Below, in pieces: positions 21,063-30,481 of a stretch of 35,656 nt of DNA. Source of the stretch: Malassezia furfur. Lineage: Eukaryota. The translations under genes and the position numbers were made by a program. The notes beneath the pieces were generated by a model. That model was given only the letters and a program-made list of their open reading frames with translations. It did no database searches and had not been told where the DNA came from. The number at the start of each line of letters is the position of its first letter. Positions within the stretch are counted from its first letter, which is position 1. The stretch lies in the NCBI GenBank assembly GCA_052055015.1, contig JBQJIT010000072.1; one strand, written 5' to 3'.

Positions 21063-23054
21063 ATGCCGCCCAAGAGCAAATGGCGCCAGCCGGACGCGGT
21101 GCACTTCCAGGTCGTGCATCGCTCGATGCGCGATGCTGATCCGGAGGCCGGCCCACATGTCCTGAAACCATACCAGCCAGCGAACCAGCAAAAGGGAAAG
21201 TCGCGCGCGGATCTTGTGCGTGAGGACCCCTCGCTGGAAGGCAAGGCGGGGCCGACGCGCTCCAATGTGGGCGAGGCCGCGCTGTATGGCGTGTACTATG
21301 ACGATACCGAGTATGACTATATGCAGCATCTGCGGCCGATGAACGACGGGGAAAACAGCCGTCGTGGTGGCGCAGAGGAGGAGGACGATACCGATGCGAT
21401 TTGGGTGCCCAGTGCCGTGCAGCCCAAGGACCGTGCCAAGAGCTTTGCGCTGAAAGAGGACGACGGAAAGACCGAAGCTGGACCGTCTCTGATGCTGCCT
21501 GCCTCGGCGTTTGCATCCAAGGAGCTTCCGCTCGAGTATAACGGAGAGAATGTGGACCCAGCGTTGCAGGGTCTTCAGCCAGACATGGATCCCCACTTGC
21601 GCCAGACGCTGGAGGCGCTTGATGACGAAGAGTTCGTGGATGACGCGCTTGAGGACGACTTCTTTGATGGGCTCATCCAAGGCGGCCAATGGGACGGCAA
21701 CCGCACCGAGCAGGATGCATGGCGCGACGAGGCTCCTGAGGGCGATACGATTTGGCTCGACCCTGTTCAGCGTGCGCTGCAAGAACAGCGGGAGGCTGCT
21801 GAAGAAGGGAAAGAGCTCAGTTTGGAGGCGCGTGTTGCGCTCTTCAAGCACCAGCAGAAGCAGAAACAGGCAGGGGCTGCGTCCGACGACAGTGACTCGG
21901 GCACTGAGACCGCAGAGGCGCGTGATGCCGTCGGTCAGCTGCCCGCGCGTGCAGCGATGCCCCGCACGGTGCGTGCACCGGGCTCGGTGTCATCAACGGG
22001 GTCGGCGCTCGGCAAGTCTGGTCGTCCTGGTGCCTTGGCGCGCCGTGCCGCCTCGACGCGGGCCGAAAGTGTAGGTGGTGGCTCGACGGTGTGGTCGATG
22101 AGCTCCTCGTCGATGTTCCGCAACACGGGTCTTACTGATCTGGACGACCGGTTTGACCGGGTGCTGCGCAAGTATGGTGTGGAGACGGGGGACGAAGCGC
22201 TCGACCAGCTTGCCGAGGAGGAAGACGAGGAAGAGGAGGTCGACTACGACAATGTCGAGCAGCTGACGCGCGAGGACTTTGATAACATCATGGATGAGTT
22301 CCTCGACAAGCACGAAGTGGTCGCCGGTAAGATGCGTCCGACGCTGGGCACACGCGATACGACCGCAAATGAGAAGCTCGAGATGATCCGCAAAGGCCTA
22401 GGCGAAGTCCGTCTGACCGACAATGACGAGGACGTCGGCACGCCTGCGTCCGAGAACCCCTTCTTGAACCCAGACATCATTGGCGCGGACCGTGAGAAAT
22501 GGGACGTGGAGACGATCCAGACGACCAAGACGAACCTCGAGAACCACCCGCGCACCATTACCGCCGCAGAGAGCGTGGCGCCGTCGGCCACGCATACGCC
22601 GTCGACGATCGCGGGGGGTGGTGCACGGACGCTCGGGGCAGGGGACGTGCGGATCCCGAAAATCCGCATCCACCCCCGCACCGGTGTGCCACAAGTTGTG
22701 GGCTACACTGTGGCGCAAAAGGACCGCAACGTGCGTAAGGAAGTGGCAGCGGCCGAGGAGCGCCAGCCTGCTACAGCAAAGGGGCCCGCGTCCGATGCGG
22801 CGTCGGACGACGAAGCGACTACGGAATCTTTGGCGTCGGAGGGCGTTCCTGCGCCGCCACACAAGCGGGACCGAAACGAGTCCAAGGAGGAGCGGCGCGC
22901 GCGAAAAGCGGCGGTCAAACTGGAGAAGCAGACCCGTCGGGCCGATAAGGCTGCGACCAAGCAGGCATTTGCGGACGAGCGCAAGCGGCAATTGCGCGCC
23001 GCGCAGCGGCAGCACGAGGCCACCGGTGGTCAGGCTGCAGCTCATCTGACGTAG
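21063..23054 (+). CDS. LTV1: 40S biogenesis factor Ltv1, ~663 aa
   Basis: HFQVVHRSMRD, GEAALYGVYYDDTEYDYMQHLR, MSSSSMFRN...LDDRFD, WDVETI...NLENHPRTI and a basic coiled-coil tail. Confidence 0.9.
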   Translation: MPPKSKWRQPDAVHFQVVHRSMRDADPEAGPHVLKPYQPANQQKGKSRADLVREDPSLEGKAGPTRSNVGEAALYGVYYDDTEYDYMQHLRPMNDGENSRRGGAEEEDDTDAIWVPSAVQPKDRAKSFALKEDDGKTEAGPSLMLPASAFASKELPLEYNGENVDPALQGLQPDMDPHLRQTLEALDDEEFVDDALEDDFFDGLIQGGQWDGNRTEQDAWRDEAPEGDTIWLDPVQRALQEQREAAEEGKELSLEARVALFKHQQKQKQAGAASDDSDSGTETAEARDAVGQLPARAAMPRTVRAPGSVSSTGSALGKSGRPGALARRAASTRAESVGGGSTVWSMSSSSMFRNTGLTDLDDRFDRVLRKYGVETGDEALDQLAEEEDEEEEVDYDNVEQLTREDFDNIMDEFLDKHEVVAGKMRPTLGTRDTTANEKLEMIRKGLGEVRLTDNDEDVGTPASENPFLNPDIIGADREKWDVETIQTTKTNLENHPRTITAAESVAPSATHTPSTIAGGGARTLGAGDVRIPKIRIHPRTGVPQVVGYTVAQKDRNVRKEVAAAEERQPATAKGPASDAASDDEATTESLASEGVPAPPHKRDRNESKEERRARKAAVKLEKQTRRADKAATKQAFADERKRQLRAAQRQHEATGGQAAAHLT

Positions 23055-23164
23055 AGCCAATTAATGGATTGGCATGTGATCGGGCGTAGATCGGGAGCTT
23101 CTGGGTCCGGCACCTGCCTAAATGGGCGGCGACGCGCGCGCGGAGACGTTAGTTGTCGACGAGC

Positions 23165-25519
23165 ATGTCCTACGAGCCGGAAGTGCGCCGCTCGGCGCGC
23201 CGCTCGCGTGCATCGCTCGGAGCTGCGTACGAAAAGGCTGGCGGCCATACGCCTCACCGCCACTCGCGTGCGTCGTCGCGCGCGGGCCATGCGGCAGTCG
23301 ACGGCGAGGACGACGTGGCCGACGCCGTCCCGCGTCGACCACGTTCGCACCGTGTATCGCAGCGCGATTGGGAGCGCCGCGAGCGCGAGCGCCTGGCGCA
23401 AGAGTTTGGTGAACCGGAAATGGTGAATGGATACAATGATGCGCCACGTCGCGAGCGCTCGCACCGTGCGAGCCAGCGGACGCGCGAGGTGCGCCGCAGC
23501 CAGCACCGCGAAAACGGCGGCCCAGTGCGGCGCATGCGTCCCAACTCATACGTCGGAGCCACGCGCGCTGCGGACGAGCGCGAGCGGAGCGCGTCGCGGC
23601 GAGCCTCGCGGCGTGCGTCGCGTGGCGACACGTTTGTGGATGCGCAGGAGGAGCTGGGCGAGGAGCGCAGGCGTTCGCGGCCTTCGTCGCGCCAGCTGCG
23701 CAGCCATGACTTTGCAGAGAATGGAGGCCGTGAGCCACGGGAGCGTGCGTCGCGTGCGTCGCTGCGTCAGAGCAAGGCAGGTGGCGCAAGCGTTGCGACG
23801 TTTGGAGCCGCAGAGCTGACGGACCGGATGGATGCGCCGCCGCCGTCGGCGCAGCAGGACGGCGAGCCGCAGGACGATATTGCTATGGCGGCGCGCGACC
23901 CGCCGCGGAGCAGCCGCAAGCGCCACCTTGCGCCTGTGCCGGGTGGCCAGGTGAACACCGTGCCCCAAGGGCGCATGTTCCCCTTTTCTGGCATCGACAA
24001 CCTGGGTCTGCTCATGGAGGACGACTCCTACCAGCCGGTGTGTTTCTCGATCTACATGTTCCGTACGACGCTGGACTACCGCACGGTGCGCGAATTCTTC
24101 GAGGTTTTGCTGCAGCTGTACCCCAAGTACCGCTACGTCGTCGACTTCCGTCCGTACTCGGCCAAGTCGCGCGACAAGGCGAAGCGCAAGGAGCAGGCGC
24201 GTCGTGCAAATGCCACTGAGGAGGAGAAGGAGGCCATGCACCGCGAGGAGCAGTCTGGGCGCAAGCCGTTCAACCACGGCCCCCGGACATGGTACTCCAA
24301 GAGCCTCAAGGCGGGCTCCTGGATGCGCCCTGCGCAGTGGCGCATCGACGACGACTTCCACGTCTCGGAGAACATCAATGTGATGTCGTGCGGCGGCACC
24401 GGCGACGACGCACAGCTGTACCGCATTGCAGGCCGCTTCCTGTCGCGTCACTTCGACTTCAACAAGCCCGTGTGGGAGGCGCTGCTAGTCCAGGGCCTCA
24501 ACACCGCCGAGGGCGCCAAAAGCGCACTGATGATCAAGATCCACCACAGCTTCTCGGATGGGCAGGGGATGATCCAGTCGTACCACGCCGCGCTCACTGC
24601 CCTGCACAAGGGCATGGGCATCAAAGAGGTGCAGCAGTGGGTCGACATTGCCAAGAGCAAGGAAAAAGCCGGCAAGGCCACCATCAAGCCGACCGTGGGC
24701 GGGACGGTGTCGCACTCGCTGCACACGATCCGCGAGCTGTATTTGCGCAAGCGCAAGTCGTTCGTGTACAAGCAGTCGCGCACGCCACGCTCGACGCAGC
24801 GCCTTTACTGCCACTCGGACGGGATCAGCATGGATCGCATCAAGAAGATCCGCGAGGCGTTCTCGACCGGCCCGACCCGCCTGACGCTCAACGATGTCGC
24901 GGTCGCGATTTTGGGCCGCGCGATGCGCACCGCCGCCGAGGAGCTCTTCCCGAACAACGGTGACAAACGCGCCGCGATCTTTGTGCCGATTTCGCGCCGG
25001 CCGCCCGGCAACTGGGAGCTGTTCAACTTCACGACGGGTGCGATTGCCTGGATCGAGTACCCGGACCCGCGCACGACGTCGGTCGAGGAGCAGCTGGCGC
25101 ACGTCCAGAAGGAGATGGTGCGCTTGAAGAAGTCGCACCTACCCACGATCTGGTTCAAGACGTTTGACGCCTTCTGCAAGCACCGCGCCTTCTACCTGCC
25201 CAACTTCCCGGGCTGGCACCAGTTCTTCTACCGCGCGTTCAGCGAGTACCATGTCGCGACGAACGTGCCTGGCCCGACGCAGCCCGTGGCGTTTGGCAAG
25301 CACGAGGCGTACAGCTACCATGTGCTCCCACCGAGCTCGCCGGGCAAGGCGACCATGGCGATCGGCATGATCAGCTACGCGTCCGACTTTTCGCTGGCTG
25401 TGTCGTGCGACGACGTGCCCGAGTTCCGCATGGTGCCTGAGACGCTGTGCCGTGCGTTTGAGGAAGCCGCCGCAGCCATGTCCGAGGCGGCCGAGCGCAA
25501 GCGTTCGACTTCTACGTGA
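23165..25519 (+). CDS. Wax ester synthase/diacylglycerol acyltransferase (WS/DGAT)-like protein with long Arg/Ser-rich N-terminal extension, ~784 aa
   Basis: FDFNKPVWE, KIHHSFSDGQG (HHxxxDG at 24542-24562), TLNDV, TNVPGP and ISYA motifs. Confidence 0.8.
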   Translation: MSYEPEVRRSARRSRASLGAAYEKAGGHTPHRHSRASSRAGHAAVDGEDDVADAVPRRPRSHRVSQRDWERRERERLAQEFGEPEMVNGYNDAPRRERSHRASQRTREVRRSQHRENGGPVRRMRPNSYVGATRAADERERSASRRASRRASRGDTFVDAQEELGEERRRSRPSSRQLRSHDFAENGGREPRERASRASLRQSKAGGASVATFGAAELTDRMDAPPPSAQQDGEPQDDIAMAARDPPRSSRKRHLAPVPGGQVNTVPQGRMFPFSGIDNLGLLMEDDSYQPVCFSIYMFRTTLDYRTVREFFEVLLQLYPKYRYVVDFRPYSAKSRDKAKRKEQARRANATEEEKEAMHREEQSGRKPFNHGPRTWYSKSLKAGSWMRPAQWRIDDDFHVSENINVMSCGGTGDDAQLYRIAGRFLSRHFDFNKPVWEALLVQGLNTAEGAKSALMIKIHHSFSDGQGMIQSYHAALTALHKGMGIKEVQQWVDIAKSKEKAGKATIKPTVGGTVSHSLHTIRELYLRKRKSFVYKQSRTPRSTQRLYCHSDGISMDRIKKIREAFSTGPTRLTLNDVAVAILGRAMRTAAEELFPNNGDKRAAIFVPISRRPPGNWELFNFTTGAIAWIEYPDPRTTSVEEQLAHVQKEMVRLKKSHLPTIWFKTFDAFCKHRAFYLPNFPGWHQFFYRAFSEYHVATNVPGPTQPVAFGKHEAYSYHVLPPSSPGKATMAIGMISYASDFSLAVSCDDVPEFRMVPETLCRAFEEAAAAMSEAAERKRSTST

Positions 25520-25535
25520 TAAGATAATAGTCTCG

Positions 25536-27085
25536 CTACAGCATGAACGACAGGGGGTTCTCGAGCGCTGCCTTGAAGGCCTGCATCCACCGCGCCGACG
25601 TCGCACCGTCCGACACACGGTGGTCGGACGAGATGGTCGCCTGCATGATGTTGGCCTTGCGCCAGCCACGCTCCGAGTCGTCCGGCACAATGCGCTCCTG
25701 CGTCATGCCAAGCGCCAGGATGGCACTCTGCGGCGGGTTGATGATCGCGGTAAAGTTGGTCGTGCCCATCATGCCCATGTTGGAGATACAGAACGTGCCG
25801 CCCTGGTACTCCTCGGGCTTCAGCTTGCCGTCCCGCGCCTTCTTGGCCAGGCGCTTGCTCTCCGACGAGATCTCAGCCAGGCCAATGGCACCCACGTTGC
25901 GCACGATCGGCGTGATGAGACCCGTCGGCGTCGACACCGCCATCGAGATGTCCTGCACGTGGTATTCGCGGATAAAGTCGCCGTGCCACGCCGAGTTCAC
26001 CGAGGGCACCTGCTTCAGCGCGAGCGCCGCCGCCTTCATGATAAAGTCGTTCACACTGAGCTTCGCGGCCTTGGCCTTCTCCGTGTCGCCCTTGGCCGCC
26101 TCTGCCGACGCGCGGTTGAACACCTCACGCAGCTGCAGCACCTTGTCCATCTCCACGTCCACCGACACAAAGTAGTGCGGCACGTTCTGCGTCGACTCGG
26201 TCAGGCGCGCAGCGATCGTGCGGCGCATGTTGGACAGCGGCGTGTCCGTGTAGGTCGCCTCGGCGCTCGGCGCAGCCGCGGGCGCAGACGGAGCGCCGCC
26301 CGCGCTCGCACCACCCGAGTACTTCTCGACGTCCTCACGCACAATGCGGCCGTTGGGGCCCGTGCCCTTGACCTTGGCCAGCGGCACGCCACGGTTCTGT
26401 GCGAGACGGCGCGCGAGCGGCGACGCAAACACGTGCGCCTCGTCGCCGAGGTCGAGCTCCTTGCCGCTCCCCTTGCCGCTCTCCTTGCCGCTCTCCTTGG
26501 GCTTCTTGTCCTCCGACGCAGGCTTGCTCTCAGACTTCGGCTTGCTCTCCTTTGCCGGCTTCTCCTCCTTTTTGCTCTCCTTCTTGTCACCGCCCTTGTC
26601 CGACGACGCCGACGCCGACTCCTGCTCGGCCTCCTTGGCGAGCGCGTCCGCACCGGACAGATCGTCACCCTCCTCACCGACGATCGCAATCACCGAGTTC
26701 ACTGGGACGTTCTTCGAACCCGCTTGCGCCTAGTGTCAGTGCAGCAACGTACGATAATCTTGGCCAGCACACCGTCGTCGGTCGCCTCGACCTCCATCGT
26801 GGCCTTGTCGGTTTCCTAGCGGTTAGCGTCCGATGCCATCCTACGCACAATATCCAGCAGCACATCGCCCGACGCAAAGCTCTCGCCCTCCTTCTTGCGC
26901 CAGCTGGCGATACCGCCGTCCTGCATCGTGGGGCTCATGGCCGGCATCGTGAACTTTTGCAGCTCCTCGGCGACCGCACTCGTGTGCAGCGACGAGGCCG
27001 CCATGCGCGCGCGCACGCTGGCCAGGCCAGGGGCAATCGACTGACGAGCTGCGGCTAGCAGGGAAACGCGAGCAGCAGAATACAT
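25536..27085 (-). CDS. LAT1: Pyruvate dehydrogenase E2 (dihydrolipoamide acetyltransferase), ~497 aa; exons 27085-26849, 26815-26753, 26729-25536
   Basis: Lipoyl domain MPAMSPTM...DI|ETDKATMEVE, E3-binding FASPLARRLA...GTGPNGRI and catalytic DHRVSDGA. Two introns (33 and 23 nt). Confidence 0.95.
26730..26752 (-). other. Spliceosomal intron, 23 nt (LAT1)
   Basis: GTACGTTGCTGCACTGACACTAG; restores LAKII|AQAGSKNVPV. Confidence 0.9.
26816..26848 (-). other. Spliceosomal intron, 33 nt (LAT1)
   Basis: GTGCGTAGGATGGCATCGGACGCTAACCGCTAG; restores LLDI|ETDKA. Confidence 0.92.
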
Positions 27086-27229
27086 CCTCCAAGTCAACGG
27101 GGTTGGACAAAAAGCACCGCGACCCGTGCGGCCTGGCCATGGGCCACGGGCGACGGGGAAATATGCTTGGGGTTCGATTGGCTGTTCCTGTGCGCCAATT
27201 TTTTGGGACGCGCGCTGGCACAGACCAGG

Positions 27230-28504
27230 ATGGAGGCGCGCATTCGTGCGGCGGCGCACGACGCACGCGCCGCGCTCAGCTCGGAGCTCGGCAAGGCGCC
27301 TATCAGCGAGCAATGGCTGTATGTGCAGGTCTGACGCAGCATGGAATGTATTCAGCATCTCTGGGCCCAGAGCGAGACCCTACGTGAGCCCCAGCGCTTG
27401 CATGCTGCCGTGCGTGCGCAATTTCTTGCGTCGCGTCTCGCCGACTCAATGGACCATGCCCAGGTCTGTGGGGATAATCTGCCTGCCTCCATGATACTTC
27501 AAGTGGGCTCCATCACGGACGTCGGTGTTTCGGCACAGACACTGCTCGACACACTCAACGCGCGTCGTACACAACAACCACCACCCGCATACCCCCGGCA
27601 GATGCTGTGCCTGCAGTTAGAGGACGGCTTCGGTGGTGTTGTTAGCGCGTACGAACATACCCGTATTCCTGGACTTCAGCTGGGTGAGACACCGCTCGGC
27701 TGTAAGGTCCGTGTGCAGCATGCGCGGCGCGAGAATGACGTGGTGTTTCTCGAGCCTCGCACGACGACCGTGCTTGGCGGCACAATTCCGGAACTGGCGC
27801 AGAGTATGGAGCGGCTGTTTGAGGAGCAGCTCTGTGCACAGCTCGGCATCGCACCAAGCAAACCAACTAATGCGCCACAAGCAGCGCCGAATGCGCATAT
27901 TAGTGTCAAGCAGGCTCCAGCGACTGTGCAGAAAACGACGCCAGCAGCTCTTTCTCGCCCTGCTGGTGCATCGGCTTCCGTGGCGCAACAGCTTGCGGAA
28001 GACCAGTCACCGCCCACGGACTCCTTCTCGGACGCATGGGACATTGACGCTGAAGAGGCACTGCTCGAAGCTGAAATGGCCATGGCCACCGCGTCACAAG
28101 CGCCCATGCCTGTACCAGATACCCACAAGATGGATACGCCAGCTTCTCCGCCTGCAACCGACATTGGCAGATCGTCTACGAAGGAGCCCATGTCATCCGG
28201 CACGCACTCGGAAGCAGGGGATGCTGCGCCTGCGCCGATGTCGTCCGGTACGCGGAAATCGCAACTACTTCAGCAGCTAGATGCGGCACCTATCGCGCAT
28301 ACCCCCCCTTCGCGGTCGGCGCTTGCGGTCCCGCCGTCATCGGGCGGGGCATCCGCGCGACTCAAGATTTTACCTAAATATGAGCGGCCACCTTCCACTT
28401 CGTCCCAGCACTCGGCCGGCCCAATTGTGCTCTCGTCCGACACTGAACCCGAGGCGAGTGTAGAATGCATTGTCCTGTCCGACTCTGACTCGGCCTCGAC
28501 ATGA
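27230..28504 (+). CDS. RMI1: RecQ-mediated genome instability protein 1 (N-terminal OB fold plus disordered tail), ~417 aa; exons 27230-27318, 27340-28504
   Basis: Spliced EQWL|MECIQHL; RQMLCLQLEDG...AYEHTRIPGLQLGETPLGCKV...FLEPRTTTVLGG. A 21-nt intron extends the tracked ORF upstream. Confidence 0.82.
27319..27339 (+). other. Spliceosomal intron, 21 nt (RMI1)
   Basis: GTATGTGCAGGTCTGACGCAG; in-frame TGA; removal gives EQWLMECI. Confidence 0.82.
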
Positions 28505-28618
28505 GCGATGCGTGTGTGACTAGCGTGTGACTGGGCGCGGCGCGCGCGCTGACTCGGCCGAGCCCCAAACCATTCTTTTTCCCCATCACCTAACGACCTG
28601 CGAACAGCCGACGTCAAC

Positions 28619-30026
28619 ATGCCGAGCCAAAAGCGTGGAGACAAGATGCGGAACGCAGCGACGCAGGAGGCCCTACGTAGCCCTATGCGCTATCGTCATG
28701 GCGCAATCGTCACCAAGGGCGGCAAAATTATTGCGCGGGGTCACAACCATATCCGGACGGGTTTCAGCGGACCCCTGTCGGCACATGAGACGATTGTCTT
28801 GCCGAAGCACGCACAGAACGACGCCCAATGCTGTGCGAATTGCGCAGATGAGGAGGCACCGGCGCCGCGGCCCGGTCTCGCGAGCTCCTACTTTAGCATG
28901 CATGCCGAAATGCATGCAATTCACACAGTTCTGCGCGGCGCGCGCCCCCACCTGGCGCGATCGAGCGTGCAGCTGTGCCCGAGTCAAGATAATGATGCAC
29001 ACGATGCGCTGACAGACGCGACTTCTGCGCTTGCGCTAGACGCGAGCCGCCCGGCGGCCGCGAATCAGGACTGCTCCCGCTTGAGCGACGCATCCCACCC
29101 CGCTGGTCGCGTGAATGCGGCCAACGTGAAGACCAAGTGCGACCGTGCGCTGGTCGAGGGTGCGAAGCGGGAGCAGCAACGCATCGCTTCTACCGCGCAG
29201 AATGAGTGGTGTCTTAAACCGCGCAATAAAAAACGAGCTGAAGAAAAACCAACGCCACGCCCGCGTCCCAGCCGTTGCGGGGCGTGGGTGTGGCCAGTGG
29301 GTTGGTAACCAAGAGGCGCAGCGTCTCCGACACGAGTTTCAGCAGCGCCGCGCCGAGCACCTTGCGCGCCGGAAGCAGGAGAAGCGCGAGCGCAAGGCAC
29401 GTGGCCTTCGCGCCACGAGCTCCAGTGGGAGCTGCTCGAGCGATTCGACAGCCGACTCCGATTCGTCCAACTCGGGCGCATCGTCGTCCGGCCCGTCAAC
29501 CCCACCGCTTTCTGCACAGGACAAGGGCGGCAAGCCACTGGACATGGCAGCTGTGCCACCGGCGCTGTTGTCGAGCACGCTGGCATACCGACGCGTGCGT
29601 GCCACGTCGCGACCACGAGAGGACGCGGGCGATTCGCGGCTTCGTGGTGCTGATCTGTATGTGGTTCGCCTTTTGCAGGACGTGGAGTCCAAGGCAAAGG
29701 CCAAGGAGCACCGGCGTCGGCATCAGCGCGCAGCGCCGGCCGTTGCGCCGCGTGCCGCGACGAATACGCCCGTGAATGTGGTGCCACGGTATGCCGACAG
29801 CCGGCCGTGCTGGCGGTGTCTCGAGTGGATGCTATGGGCTGGGATCAAGCGGGTCTATTGGACGAACGCCGAGGGCGAGTGGCACGGCGGCAAGGTGTCT
29901 GCGCTGCTCTTCGGCGAGGGCGTTTCGTCAGTATCCAGCTCCCAGTCGGTGCTGGTCCCCGTGCATTTGACGCAGTACGAGCATGCGGCCGCGTTACTGG
30001 GCGCACACCATCGCGTCGCGCGATAA
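28619..30026 (+). CDS. Zinc-dependent cytidine/dCMP deaminase-fold protein encoded in two overlapping frames (28619-29308 and ~29130-30026)
   Basis: Frame A: SPMRYRHGAIVTKGGKIIARGHN...SMHAEMHAI (HAE at 28901-28909). Frame B (+1): RLRGADLYVVRL...DSRPCWRCLEWMLWAGIKRVYWT (PCxxC at 29805-29819). Confidence 0.8.
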
Positions 30027-30199
30027 CAGAGCCACTCACCTTGTTTCTATAGCGTGTAGCGCACTGTTGTACAATAGTAGGGTCCCACAAGGCACCCCGA
30101 TCGTCCCTGGCAGACGCGTGACGTACCGGTCAGTGCGCTGCCCGACCGCTTCCGCATTATACCAACGACAGCCCCGAACAGCTGCAGGTCATGGTAAAT

Positions 30200-30209
30200 A
30201 TGACGTCAT
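30200..30209. promoter_or_regulatory. CRE/ATF-type palindrome ATGACGTCAT
   Basis: Perfect 10-bp palindrome about 270 nt upstream of ATG 30482; a second TGACGT half-site lies near 30119. Confidence 0.4.
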
Positions 30210-30481
30210 CTGGCAGAATCGCCGCGCGTGCGGGACGCGCGTGCCGCAGGTGGGGTGCAGCACTGCAGCCATTCCGATCGGCAAAAGGGCGCGTGCCGAA
30301 TCAACAAGGGACTAGCGAAGATGCACGGCTGCCGTCAACCGGATTGCTCCAGATTCCCCTGGTGGGATTTGCGCGGCAGAAATCGTCCGAGGTTAGCCAG
30401 TTCCTACCGCGTACCCGCGCGCACAGCACGGCTCGTGAGCAAGTGAGCTTGTAGCGCCGGACGTGTTGCACCACTGCAATC

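Noticed and set aside
26455..26590. 12-nt repeats encoding KESG/KES in LAT1
   Set aside because: Ordinary flexible linker of E2 subunits.
30191..30454. 87-aa ORF upstream of the giant gene
   Set aside because: No motifs, weak codon bias, and it overlaps promoter-like elements; cannot be supported as a gene or uORF.
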